Shown here in pieces: positions 37,199 through 50,749 of a stretch of DNA of 64,000 nt; the stretch's first letter is position 1, and every line of letters starts with the position of its first letter. A program made the translations under genes and the position numbers. Source of the DNA: Eledone cirrhosa (Eukaryota); the NCBI GenBank assembly GCA_964016885.1, contig OZ024742.1, forward strand, positions 219,418,001 to 219,482,000, read 5' to 3'. The notes under the pieces are model-generated. The model had not been told where the DNA came from, did not search any database, and worked only from the letters and a program-made list of their open reading frames with translations.

Positions 37199-39432
37199 AT
37201 TATCTATTCCCATCAGGTCTACTTCCATATTCAAACATACCAGTCATAGTTTTCTTAATTTATTTATTATTTTTTTAAGAAATAAGTTTATATCTGATTT
37301 TATCTGAATAATAAATAAACTTAGATTACTAATTTCTCTCAAATCACACTATACCACCATTCCTAAAGAAAAAAAAAAAAAGCATGAAAGAAAATTTTTT
37401 AAATGAATAAACAAACGACAAAATTAAAGAAAAACGAATGGAAAAAAATGAAAAAAAAAAAAAAATGAACGAAAAAGAACATGAAATAAAAAAATAACTA
37501 AAAAGGAACAAAAAAATAAAGAACATTGCATGAATCATGTGATCTTGGAAATATAAAAAGACAAGGTAGTCATGGCTGTAATACCTTTTAATTAGTGTAA
37601 TTATAACTGAGCTAAGGACTAGACCACAAGTTAACTCATATCTCCAAGCTTGAGAAATATTAGTGGAGACAGAGCTATGTATGTAAGGACCTGTAACTCC
37701 TGATGGAATCGTAGGGGCACTACATCGACATATGGCATTTCTAGTGCAGTTTTTAAACCTGGTGGAGCCCATCTCCTCTCCAAATCTGAATACAGAAGAT
37801 TTCTTCCAAAGAAGGATAGAAAATGAGAGAGAAAAGAAGTGAGAAAGAGATATAGAGGAAGAATCAACCCCAGCACTAGACTGGCCCTTTTTTCTACCGA
37901 TCCCGAATGGCTGAAAGGCTAAGTCCTAGACAGGATTTGTACTAAGAAAGCAGAGAGCCGGAAAGAATACTGCAAACCATTCTATCCAACAGAGTTATAG
38001 ACAACTCTTACCATCCTGTAATTATTAGAGTAAAAAATATCTAAAAGCAGGTTCATAGTATCTTTACTATTGGATAGATCATTGTGAAAATTGGCAGCAT
38101 TAGAGTACAGACTTTAAAGAGTAATTAATATGCTGAGTTATACTTTTCAACAATGTCTTGTTAATGCAATTTCAAGCAGTAGAGGACAACAAGAGTGAAA
38201 TAATGTTAAATTTCTGCAAAATTTCTAACAAAAAATGTAAAAGCATTTGGACAAGTATCTGCTACCATAACTATTGGTCAACCAATATCTTGTGAGAAAA
38301 CGTGGTTAAACAAACTGTAAGGAAGCCTGTTGACAGGGCCGCATGGAGGGGGGTGCAAATGCCCTGGACCCCTTTCATCAAACAGAACCTCCCTCTCTCC
38401 GAAAACAAGGACCCATCTTTCTCTCCTCCTGCATGCACGCATGCAGAAATAACCATTGTAAAAGAAATAACTATGTGAATAATTAATTCATTGTTTGCAT
38501 GTATATACAAGTTTCTCACCTCTATAGAAACGATTGTAGACATTAAAGATTAATTTATTTTAAAAACCTGGGTTTTCTTCAATTTAAATACATATGTATG
38601 TGCATATGTTAGTTATATGAACAGCCCACCAAACCTGAACTGTTCCAGCCCTGGACCCCACCTAAATCTTGTCCTACTAGTTATATACATGCATACATAC
38701 ATGTAATAAAACAGTGTTATTTGTTTATGTCCCCGATAAACAATATAGCCTTTAGTGCAATAGCTCAACAAATGCCAGGAGTATGTCCTGCCTTTAAAAC
38801 AGAGTTGGCATCATCAAGGGCATCTGGCCATAAACTAACACAAAATGTCTCACCCAACACATGTTAGCATGGGGAATGTGAAGATAATGTAAAGTGGTTG
38901 GTGATAGGAAAGGCATCCAGCCATAGAAATCTTGTCAAACAAAGAGTTGGGAGGACACTTTAGTTGTGTCAAGGATATGACAACCTCCCTAGTGCTGGTA
39001 ATCTACATGATAAAAGCACATAGTACATGCTGTAAAATGGTTGGTTTTAGGAAGGACATCCAGCAGTAGAAAGCTTGTCAAACAAGAGGTTGGGAGGATC
39101 CTACAGTTTGTATCAAAAGATACAACTCATGTACACTCGATAGACCACATGACTGTACATAAATGAGCATGACAGTATGTTATCAGTGGGTGTCTGTTGA
39201 AAATTTAACAATTATTGAAACAGCACTGTCTTACATTCTCAAAAACATACTAGCAACTCTATGATATATTCACAGAAGTAAGTAGAGAAAAATTCATTTT
39301 TCATTTTGTTTCATTATGAAAAAATATTTTCAACAGCGAAGCTACCCATATGTTTATTGTATATAAATTATTATATGTTTTCATATGCTTAAACATTGTC
39401 TTAGTGTTACTGCCAATTAAATATGTAATATA

Positions 39433-39466
<34 letters not shown>

Positions 39467-40614
39467 GAAAAGTAGCTGAAGCCATTGTGTCATAAATATT
39501 ACTGCGTAACCTCATTTTAGATAGTACCTGTCGCAAACTTTGCTTCATATTCTGGCCAAACAAGAGGTGACAAGTGGAGGAGTAGAACAGATACTCTTAC
39601 TCTAAAGGCTAATATTTAAATAGAAAACAATAAAATTTGCTGAGAATCAATAGAGCTAATCTTTAGTGATGGGAGAAAATAATAATCGTTTCTAAAATAG
39701 TATAAGGAGGACAATGATGACAACGACAGTAAATGGCTGACCTTAAAAATAATTTATTTAGTGGGGAAAATAAACGAAATACTAAAAACTAAAATAGTGA
39801 TGTTAGTTACTTAAGTACATTGTGTAACAGTTTAGAGTTTGTATTTCAATTGAATACATATATGCAGACAACCATTTGTTGGATGTCAACTTTTAGAAGA
39901 AATATCATTACTGTATTTACTCTTTATTTTAGCATTCTAAATACTGTAAACTTCAGAATAACAGAAAACCTATCTTAATGGCATTTTTGAAAATTGTAAG
40001 AAAGAGGCATTTGTTTTATAGCACTTGTGGAGTGGTTTATGTTCTATATTGTTTTTTTTTTTTTTGTTTTTTTTTTTGTTGTTTCTTGGCATTTTGAAAA
40101 TGCTTGTTCTATTTAATTTGTTTTTTCTTTTTTCATCTAAATTGGTAGTTAGCACGTAGGTCCAAATCCTTAACAGAATTTGTCCCAACTCTCAGTGCTG
40201 TGAGTCCAAATCCCATCAACATCAACTTTGCCTTTCATCCTTTCAGGGGCGATATTATAGTGCCAGTTGAGGGTTGCAGTATAGCAGAATTGTTGAAGTG
40301 ATGGACAAGATGCAGTGCAGTATTTGTTCTGAGTTCAAATCCTACTAAGGCTTACTTGGGGTGATAGATTTAATCGGTTACATGGTTTAGTACCATCACC
40401 CTTAGGAGGCTTTAGCAGAGTCAATTCTGTTGCAAGTATTTGGACTAGATTTCTACTTCGAGAATACCTTCCACCTTCCCACAAATGCAGAGGCACTGAA
40501 AGGGGTCACGGACATTGCCCTCTGCCCTCATCTTCCTGATTATACAGCAAAAAAGAAATTACTTAACCCAATTTACACCCCCACCCCACACACCCTAGTC
40601 CATCCTCCCATTTC

Positions 40615-40835
40615 CGTCCACTGCAAAGTGGTCATGTATGAAACGCGGTAAAAAGGCTCCCAGTCCACACTGTAAATGTGATTTGTGTTAGGAAGGGAAT
40701 CCAGCCATAGAAAACCTGCCAGAGACAGTTCTGTACAAGCGAGACACTGTCTCACGACCAATCTTGCTTCAAGTGGGACAAACCCATCCAACCCATGGTA
40801 GCGTGGAAGATGGACATTAAACGATGATGATGATG
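40615..40835 (+). mobile_element. Isolated RTE 3' UTR fragment
   Basis: ccactgcaaagtggtc...cacactgtaaatgtg...ttaggaaggg...cccatggtagcgtggaa and (GAT)n. Similar inverted fragments at ~20170-20450 and ~58240-58460. Confidence 0.75.
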
Positions 40836-41035
40836 TGCATTTATCAATGATGAAAGTGGGTATTCATTATACTATATTTTTTTAAAAAACATTTATTTAA
40901 AAAAAAATTCATAGACAATTGAAAAATTCACAATAACACCTCAAATCAGGGGTTATTTGGAATGAGAAAAAGTTATTTGGGTTATCAGTATGAGAATTTG
41001 AAAATGAAGAAAAAGAAAAACAATGGAATATTTAC

Positions 41036-41215
41036 CCTTCAACAAGCATTTTCACACAACTGTCATAAATATCCTTTTGAACCGTATCTCTGTCAAATAC
41101 ATGGTCAAATGTAAATGCCTTATCTTTACCCAAGATAAGTTGAGATTCTGCATAGATAACATCCGTGCAAATTTGGCACATATCAATCCTTTCGCGTCCA
41201 CATTGGGGCCGAATT
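41036..41215 (-). CDS. KIF21: KIF21-like kinesin-4, motor-domain exon (180 nt; phase 2 at both ends)
   Basis: Minus strand reads ttttttctcttgcag|A ATT CGG CCC ... GTT GAA GG|gtaaat. It translates to (R)IRPQCGRERIDMCQICTDVIYAESQLILGKDKAFTFDHVFDRDTVQKDIYDSCVKMLVE(G), matching the KIF21 N-terminal motor (RIRPQ...LGKDKAFTFDxVFD). Canonical AG/GT; splices in frame to the 29933-29975 exon. Confidence 0.95.
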
Positions 41216-42034
41216 CTGCAAGAGAAAAAAAATTCAAATTAGGCTAAATGTCAAATTGCAATAAATCTGTAAACACAGACCTATTTAAAAAAATAAATAA
41301 AACAATTTTATAGGTCATCAAGGGAATTTTTACAAGGTTGCTCAACTTGCTAGAAATAGCTAATTATATCAAATCCCACCCAAGTGTTTTAATAAAAGGA
41401 AAGACTATGTAGAATTAAAATGGTCAGAAAGTAAGACAAAATAGGTCATTGCAAAAGATAATCCAGATCTGACATATACGACTGAATCTAGGTTTCCTGT
41501 TACAATATTACTAAAACACTAACTCATCCGACTTTGGTCAACAGCTCAAATTAGAGATTGGAAACAAAAATACGTTTCTTTTTTTTTTTAAATAGATCTA
41601 GCTCAAAGAGAGCAAATACATAGTTTCAGAGAATAAAGATTGCCTGAAATATTTTCTCAAAATAAACTATCATCATTTTTGTTCTTTGTTTGTTTGATTC
41701 GCACAAATATAGATCTATCCTCTAATTCTTGAGATTATATTCATTAATTACCTTTTAATTCTTGAGATTATATTCAATTTTCATTAAGATTTTTTTTATA
41801 GATGCAGGCATAGCTGTGTGATTAAGCAGTTCATTTCAGAACCATGTTAATACTATGGAATCTTTATCAACACATACAAGTGTAATTATTGCATAATAGC
41901 CTGCCTGCTGAGGTCAACTTTATTTTATCAACTTCAGAAGGATGAATAGCAAAGTACCAGTCAAGTATTGGGGTTAACTGAATTGCACTTCCACTCAAAA
42001 CTGCTGACCTTGTACCTAAATTAGAAATCACCAC

Positions 42035-43125
42035 CATTATTATTTATTTTTCCTCTTCCCCCTGTTTTGTTTCCATTTCTTGCCGACTGTCTTCTTGGCA
42101 CCTAGGGCAGAGAAACTCACTACATATATTGATAAACCACAAAAATAAACAGATTGTTCACATGCATTTTACAGTTACAAATATAACATTTGCTTTATAC
42201 ATATGCACATTATCTGTCTAAAATCATTAACAGAATGATAATTATATAAGAGTGCTCGATCATTGACAACTTACATAATTATGGAATATAATCATATAAA
42301 GTTATGTAAAAAAAAATGCATAATTGATTAACATTCTTACAGTGATCGTGTTCTTCTCAATATGTGTGCCATACCAGTTAAAACAAATTTTTTGCACTTC
42401 TTGCAGTGAGGGCAAGCCATGGATCATTCTAAAATAATGTTCCTTATTTTATCAGACCTACAATCACTGATTTGTAAACACCTTAAGATGCCACATGTTT
42501 CAATTGCAATGAGCAAATCTTTATATTTTCTGAGCTTGTCAAATCCATTTGTGACAATATTGTGATCACAGGGACTGTTCATAATCAATAAACACTAATA
42601 TTTTGGTCTTTTACAATAATACCCGGTCTATTAGTTTTGATGGTTCTGCCTATATGTACAGCAAAGTTTCAAAGAGAGATACTTCAAGGAGATGCTTATA
42701 CTACTTTGCAGCAGTTTGGGTTTTATAATGCCAACATTAACCAGTCATGCCTTGATTTATACTCTACTGGTGCTAAAACTTTACATCCAGAGATTAAGTG
42801 GTACACTATTTCAATCACATCATTGCAGAATCAGCGCTTTGGATCTACTCCATTTCTCATTGGCTTGATAGAATTACTAAGCTTCGATCTTGAACAGCTA
42901 AGATGAAGCCTTCACTCTCTGTCTTTAGCCCTGAGCTACATACCCATTGATGGGTGTGTTTCTGGTCAACATCAGCTTGTTTGCTATGAGCCATATATTT
43001 GGGATGCAGAAGTTTCTGCTCCCACCTCGATGTTAATTGTTCATACCCTTTTTTTCTTAGCCATTAATTTTACTTCCATTGCAACAACAGTTACCATAGT
43101 TCCCGTAGTCTATCCCGCCTGGATA
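42035..43125 (-). mobile_element. R4/Dong-clade non-LTR retrotransposon, degenerate 3' fragment (CCHC + RLE)
   Basis: Minus strand gives RWEQKLLHPKY..DVDQKHTHQW..SSGLKTESEGFILAVQDRSL, FCNDVIEIVYHLISGCKVLAPVEYKSRHD, NRP(G)IIV, VPCDHNI..KLRKYKDL..MWHLK and VLTGMAHILRRTRSL* (stop at ~42337), the characteristic R4/Dong C-terminus. AAT-rich tail near 42035. Confidence 0.85.
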
Positions 43126-43299
43126 ATATTAATACTACTTTAACTATTATTACTATTACTACCAGCACCATCATCATTGTGTGGCATGCAGCAAATGAGA
43201 AATAATGTAGAACAATTATAGTGAACAAAATGCTTTGCAATATTTGTTTCAAATTTTTACATTCTTTTTGCTATTGCTCAACAAGGCCAGGGTCATCTT

Positions 43300-44785
43300 A
43301 AAACAGTGATCCCAGAAGTATCATCATATGTAGAGTCAACCAGGTCCACCAGAGCCTTCCATCATTGGCAGTCCCGTGCCAGTCCTTCTGCATCCTCTAA
43401 GGTAATGTTGAGCCTCCAGAGATCTTCCCAGATAACATCCAGCCATCTGGTGCAGTATCCTGCAGCTGCTGCATTGAATGAGAGTAAGGCCCTGGTAGGA
43501 TGATCTGGTGGAAAATGGAGGACATGTCCATACCAGCACATGTGGCAGATAACTGAGACGGGAAGCTGTTGAGTTGATGCGTATGCACAAACACTGAAAA
43601 ACGCAGTGGTGCCATCTGATGTTTTTGATGATCCCCAAGGCTCTGCTATCAAAGCTGTTGATTCTCTTTGCCAGGGTCTTTGTGAGTGGCCACATTTTTG
43701 CTCCACAGGAGAGAACAGAGAGGGCCAGCGCATTGTAAATACAGAGCTTCATCATCTGGGAGATTGAGCAGTGGTACCAAAGGGGCTTCCATAGGGAGTG
43801 CATGACCCTGGCAGCCAAGCCACATCTGCAGTTGAACTCCAGGGTCAGGTCTCCATTGTTAGTGACAGTCAAGCCCAGGTAAATGAAGGAACGTACAAAC
43901 TCCACGGCATTGGAGCCAATATGAGGCAGAGGGGGATCCGGGCCATTGCCGATATGCATCATCTTTGTCTTCGCCCAGCTTACCTGAAGGCCAAGCTATG
44001 CTGATTCCTCTCAGTGTATGGTCAGTGTGTCTCTGAGCTGATTGATCGACTTGCTGAATAGGGTATCGTCGTCTGCACACTCAAGGTTGGTTAGGTGGTA
44101 ATTCCCAAAGGTAATAGAAACTCACTCACAGACCTTGGTCATCAGGTAGTTGATGACACAGTTTAAGAGGTCAGGTGCAGCCACACAGCCCTGTCTTACA
44201 CTGTTGTTAATGGGGAACCAGTCAGAATCCTCCCCATTCACTCCCATGCAGCTCTTGGAACAGCTATAGAGCCATTGGAACAGGGTGGGGATCTTGGGAG
44301 GTGCGCTGACAAGCTGGAGAATTTTCCAGATGAGGCAGTGGTCTCCTACAATGAATTCCCTGCTGCCAGACTAGCATGTCTCAGAGAGTCCCACCAATGT
44401 GATGTAGTGTGATATCTCTTGGGACAGTAGGGTGGTTGCTCCAGGGCAAAGGAATAACAGAACATTCCATGGGGCAACATGAATTTTATGGAGAAAATCA
44501 ATTTCTCGTTAGTGGGGGCATGCAGGAACCTGTTTCAATGTTGGGCAGTCTGGTTTCTTCTGGTCGGTTTCTTAACATATTGGTGTTCTGGGCCCTTCAA
44601 AGAATAGTCGGATGGTGGGGCTGCAATCTTGGCATGTTCGCTTGGTGGTGAGTGAACATGCCGTGGGTCTGGAATCTCCGCGAGAGACTGGCCAGCTTAG
44701 GGTGGCCCTACCAGGATCAAAGCCCCAGACAGTAATGCTCTATCAGATTTATGGAACACACAAGCACCCTCACCATGACAAGGTC
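43300..44785 (-). mobile_element. Second RTE family (BovB/Expander-like), degenerate and internally deleted
   Basis: Minus strand gives DSDWFPINNSVRQGCVAAPDLLN (44160-44235), NLECADD (~44068-44088) and VEFVRSFIYLG...KLCIYNALALSVLSCGAKMWPLTK (43336-43962). No zinc finger. 44640-44785 resembles an RTE 5' end. Confidence 0.8.
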
Positions 44786-45909
44786 ATACCCAGCACCAGA
44801 CTAGTTATTTCCTAAAATAAATAACTAGTCTAGTACTGGGGTAGATCTAATCACCCCCACCCACACACACAAATACACACACAATCTCTGGCCTTGTGCT
44901 TATGTTAGAAACAATTGTCTTTCATCATTTCAAGGTCAATAAAATAAAATACAAGCTTAAAATTGGGATCAATTTAAACTAACTCCTCCTCCAAAATATT
45001 TCTGGCTGGTGCCTATTTTAGAAATTATAATTTTTTTTTTTTTTTAGATGGCTGTTGACTAACGAGTTCTACCGCCTTTTGTCAGGTTTTGTTTTTTGTC
45101 CTGCAGGGTGTCCAAAATCACCCTCCTCACCAAGTAAACTTGGTGGGGTTACCGGTTTAGTCGCCGACGACCTTATGTGACAGGTTGTACTGGGTTACAT
45201 GCTACCTACTGAGTGACCAGACATTTACAAAAAAACAAAACAAAAAACCCACCAAATCAATGGATGGCAGTAGTTCCAGGTGCACGCATCAAAAGATTGG
45301 TGTAGTGGTTCTGAGAACAATGTGGCTTTGCAGATGATCAATGCAAATTGACAATGGAAAGGCACTTCCGCTCGAGTTAGAAGAGAACCATTGACCTTCA
45401 GCAGCGACACCCGATTGTATTCAGCAACCGAAACAAATTATTATTTGTATTAATATTATTGGGATAACCTATTAGAAAATCTCTTCCTGAATATAGGAAG
45501 CAAGAAACTAAGTTTTCTTCTTCATATCCTTCGTCTTTCTTTCTTTTTTTACACTGATTTTCTGTAAACTATCATTTGTATTTCTGTTTCTGTATTCTCA
45601 GCCATCTTCCTATTTTGAAATCTCACAACTGTACAACTTTGTAGTATCATAACTAACCATTCTGCCAAGCCACAGAAATGTGAACTTGCAAGCATTGGAC
45701 AAAATGCTTTGCAGTATTTGATTTGACCCTTACGTTATGTTCAAATTTCACTGAGGTCAACTATTTCATTGATCCCTTAAGGATGAATGATCCCTTAAGC
45801 ACCAATCTATAACAGGGGGGTCAACTGAATCAACTTACTACCCCAAAATTGCTGACCTTGCATCTAAATGAGAACTATTATCATCCTCATCATCTGATAC
45901 CTTTTACAA

Positions 45910-46310
45910 TAATGATTTCTAGTATAGACAAGGCCAGAAATTTTGGGGGAGGGGAAAGTCAATTAAATCAACATGACTGGTGCTTTATTTTATCGACCCC
46001 GTAAGGATGAACGGCAAAGTTAACCTCGGCGGGATTTGAACTCGGATCATAAAGGGTCGTAACTATGCTGCAAAGCAGGACATCCAACCCTCTACCAATA
46101 CTGACATTCCACCACCCTCTTACAATAATTGTTTCTACTTTTGGCACAAGGCCAGCAATTACCCAGTGCAATACTGGTACTTTATTTTATCAACCCCGTA
46201 AGGATGAAAGGCAAAGTTAACCTAGGCGGGATTTGAACTCGGAATGGCAAGGGCCGTAACTCTATACATCAAAGCATGGCGTCCGACCCGCTACCAATAC
46301 TGCCAATCCA
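45910..46310 (-). mobile_element. Two tandem copies of the second SINE family
   Basis: The core 'actggtactttattttatcgaccccgtaaggatgaaaggcaaagttaacctcggcgggatttgaactc' occurs twice (~45975 and ~46173). Confidence 0.8.
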
Positions 46311-46956
46311 CAATGAAGACAAAATATATTCACAGAAACTAACAACAGAAAATTCTTTGAAAGCAAAATCTTGCTCTACTAGAGCTCAGAATTTAATATG
46401 CTTATGTACTACAAAATTATCAACTTATCTAAATTAAAAATCAGCTTTTGACATTCATTGGAAAAATGTACGAGGAAAGGAAAATTCCTCACTGCTGAAT
46501 ATCACCCCAGGTTCCATCTCTCAAAATACCAATCAATCATCAAAAATTTGACAGATCTATGTAAATATGAAATATGTAGGGCTTGGAAATCATAATAGAT
46601 CTATTCCTTGATAACCACTATTTCTCAGCATTAGTCACTTTTATCAATGTTGTATCATTTTAAAGAAAATGTCAGGTTTGAATCATGCATTTCTTTATAT
46701 TTTCAGGGTTTACCATTTCAACTGCTTAGACAATGAGTCTTGACTATGCAATGTACTGACAATAGTCAATAACAAATCATCATCATCCTGTGACTGGCAC
46801 AACCAGTTGTTGGAATGACATTGTAGATATTCTGACTCAATTGCCACTGACCCTTGTGCACACACAAAAGAAACAGTGTTGACACCTTTCAGTCCTTAAT
46901 GTTTACCATTTTTTCAGCCTTCTTCAACAGTATTTTGGAGAGGGAGTTATGACAGG

Positions 46957-47309
46957 ATCATCATCATCATCATCATTCATCATTTCATTTTACGTCCGCT
47001 TTTTCCCTGCTTTCAAGGGTGGGACGGGAACTGATTCTGGCTTGATTTCTACAGCTGGATGCCCTTCCTAACACCAACCTCATTTACAGTGAGTGCTGGA
47101 TGCTTTTTTGCCGTGGCACCTCCACGACCACTTTGCAGTGGAATGATAGGGACCACAGTCCCTATCATCTCTTTTCTACAGCTGAGTGAACTGGAACAAT
47201 GTGAAATAAAGTGTCTTGCTCAAGGAAACAACACATCACTCGGTCTGAGAATTGAACTCAACCTTTTGATTGCAAGGCCAATGCTCTAACCAGTAAGCCA
47301 TGTGCCTCC
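46957..47309 (-). mobile_element. tRNA-headed SINE with RTE-derived 3' tail, copy 2
   Basis: Reverse complement of 19217-19553, with a complete 5' end and few substitutions. Confidence 0.88.
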
Positions 47310-49553
47310 ATACATATTGATACATATCTGAAATCGTAGGTCATTTCAAATATCAAAATAACTTTGGCTGAGAATATTTTCTCAAGTTGTGATCATATGT
47401 TTAATGTGTGCCCCACAATTGAATCTATGGGTCTTCTCGTTCCTGTTGGAGGAACCCTTCCTTTGTTGGCCTCCACCGCTTTGTGTTTGGATTTTGTCAT
47501 GTCTTCAGGGGTGTATCTGTATTCACTATACTTGGCCAATTGCAGGTTGGTGAGGCTATTTAAGCCATAGTTGGGGTGGATGGCTGTTGACCGAGGAGTT
47601 CATCCATCCTCTTAACAACTCATATTTTTTTGTGCTACTGGAGTTCCACTTACCCTCCTCGCCAGACAATGGTCTAGTGGGGGAGGCAGTTTATTTGAAA
47701 AGCACTTGACCATGAAGCAGGTTGAACTAGGTAACATGGTACCACGACCACAATTCAGACAAAATATTTGACAATATTAACCAAACTATTACAAATGGAC
47801 AGGAAATTATTTAGATATCTTCACACTGTTTTAATGTACTTATTGTTTTGGCCTAAATCAACTGATTGAGCACTATGGTTAAAAAGCACTCCAACCATGA
47901 CTATATTTTTAAGGATATCTATCGCAACATTATATAATGTGCCTTTCACTTAGGGTGCAATTTGAGTGGGATTTAGATATTTCTAGCAAATTACGCAACC
48001 TAGCAGTAAGATGTTTAAGTTCCTCCTCCCAAATTCTGAAGCCCTAAAAAAAAAAATGGTAATGCCTTTTCTCTTGTAAATCATAAAAAAATATTCTATG
48101 ATCAACATTTAATTATTCTGTTAAGCCTTTAACTATAAATAAGTCGTTTTTCTTATACTATTTTCTCTTGTATATTTCCTTTATCAAATTTGTTAATCCA
48201 ATCATCAATATTTCAACAAGTTCCTTAACATGTTTCTCCACTACCTGTAATTTCCTTCTATACATTGGTACTTGTAAATAACTAAATTAGTCCAAATGTA
48301 TACAAATTATTTCCTGAGATTTACTGTTAGATAACAGGGGTAAGACTTCATTTGTCACCTGGCCTTTACAGTGAACTCTTCTAAAGACACCTAAAGTAAA
48401 CATTGGTCATTAGGTGACTTTAGAAGTAATGCAAACATTTGAATCAAATATCCAGTCTGAGTATTAGACAACTAATTAAAGGGTTTCCTAAAGTAACAAA
48501 TATTCAGATTATTCAAACTGTATGGACAAGAAGTCAATACATGAAAAATGTTCAGCTTTACTCTGTAAGCTACAGACATTACTGATTATAGGGTTCATAT
48601 TTCCATGTGGTACCTATTTAGATCCAAAAGAGTTAAGTTTGTTTTTTTCTTTTTTGGCTATGGACACAGTACAATGCTAAGAGATACGATACAACTCAAC
48701 TATACTAACTACCATTTACAACTGTTAATAATTATAGTATAACTTGATTTTCAGAGTTATACAAAAAGTACTTTAGTCGGAACACTCCCAGTTATTCAAT
48801 AAATTGTGTTTAATATTCATTAAATTGTGTTTAATACTCTGAGCCTAAATTATTGTACTGCTTGACAATAGAGCCAGAAATCATTTATTTTCAATAACAA
48901 CTGTTACCCTCTTTAGAGGGAGGTTATAAGTTCTTAATCTTAGAACACCATATTCAGCAATAAAGATGGGATGGCCATGGATAGAAATTTCAACTGAATT
49001 CTTTATGCGAATGGGACTGAGTGGATCTATTCAACAACAATATATTTTATTCATGTAAAACCAGGTATTATACGTAAAAAGGGTTGATGTTAGGAGTGAT
49101 ACTTGTTTCTCAATTAGGTATATTGAAACAAATAAAATTATGTATTACCTAGCATATAATAGTATCTATAGTAGTTATATGTGGACTCATGACTATAGGG
49201 ATGATATATAAGCAACTTAACCATAGGTATAATGGCTTTATTAACTGCAAGGTAGTTAACATGCTGAAGGTGATAAATCTCTTTCTTTGGTGGTAGGTAA
49301 AAATAAAAAATGAGATCCACTCATACACAAACTTTACTTTTATAGGACAGGTTGTTAAGTGAGGTGATTGAACCCAGTAGGGTTTGAAATCAAAACTATG
49401 AGGTGTAATACTAGAGTACTTTCCAAACTATCCAAACTAGCACTCATACCTATCTCTACCAAATTCCTATTAAGTTAATTAACATTCCTGTTTAATTAGA
49501 TTTAGACAAGAATCCAAAGTAAACACATTAGATATTCCTTTTCCTTTTCCTAT

Positions 49554-49890
49554 GAGGCACATGGATTAGTGGTTAGAGCATTGGCCTTGCAATCGAAAGG
49601 TTGTGAGTTCAATTCTCAGACCAGGTGATGTGTTGTTTCCTTGAGCAAGACACTTTATTTCACATTGCTCCAGTTTACTCAGCTGTAGAAATGAGATGAT
49701 AGGGACTGGGGTCCATATCATTCCACTGCAAAGTGGTCGTGGAGGTGCCACAGCAAAAAAAAGCACCCAGCACTCACTGTAAATGAGGTTGGTGTTAGGA
49801 AGGGCATCCAGCTGTAGAAATCAAGCCAAAGTCAGTTCCCGTCCCACCCTTGCAAGTAGGGAAAAAGCGGACGTAAAATGAAATGATGAT
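49554..49890 (+). mobile_element. tRNA-headed SINE with RTE-derived 3' tail, copy 3
   Basis: Near-identical to 19217-19553. Confidence 0.88.
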
Positions 49891-50749
49891 ATTGTATCCA
49901 TGCAATCATGATGGGGTACATGGTTTAGAAATAAACTGTAGCTTCAAATATGATCCAAAAATCACATTGTTGAAAATGGAAATCAGCTGTTACTAAGTAA
50001 ATCAGTTTCTATAAACCATCACAGAATTAGCAGGAAATGAGTCAAAGTCTAAGTTTATTAATAAAACCTTACCGAAACGGATACCTTGCCATAGGTACAT
50101 GGAAAGATATAAGATTACAGAAATTGTATTAATACACATAGTACTATAATTGTGGATAAAGGGTACACCTTTCACTAACAACATATGTTTCATATCCGAG
50201 TTAGAAATAAAATAAAGATTATTCGCTGTACTTAGAGAAAATGGGAGAAAGAAATTAAAACACTACCAAGAATGTGGCACAAGCAAATTGAAAGAGCCAG
50301 TTTTCAGTTTAAGACAATACTGATGTATTTAATGTGGCCAGTACCATAGTTTTAATTAATCAAGACTACCAGTATTGAGCTGAAGTAAATATTATTGAAC
50401 AATGACTAACAAAAGTTATGGAAACAATTCAGAATTTCTTTTTTCAATTTGTTTTTTAATAATTTGATGCACTAGAAGCTCAATCAAAATTGGGAACAAA
50501 TGCAGAGAGGGAATTATTTCTTACATTGGCACATTCTAACAGCAAATCAAAGAGGTAGTTTAATCTAAAAGAACAGTCTTTCAATACTGTCCAAGAATTC
50601 AGAAAATCATGATGCCAAATACAGGAAAAGTTTGTAGATTAGAAATATCAAATATTTTTTTATTTTTTATTCACATTTATTTTTAGTTCAGTTTTATATC
50701 AATGTCCACTAGCACTGGTCAAACAATGGTGGGCGTCACCATCGCAATA

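Noticed and set aside
37344-37772. Hydrophobic F-rich ORF
   Set aside because: Derived from an A-rich low-complexity tract.
50073-50092. Possible first coding exon ATG GCA AGG TAT CCG TTT CG|gtaagg (minus strand), phase-compatible with the 180-nt exon
   Set aside because: MARYPFR lacks the conserved VxVAVR strand, and such a match is expected by chance in 22 kb; it would need transcript evidence.
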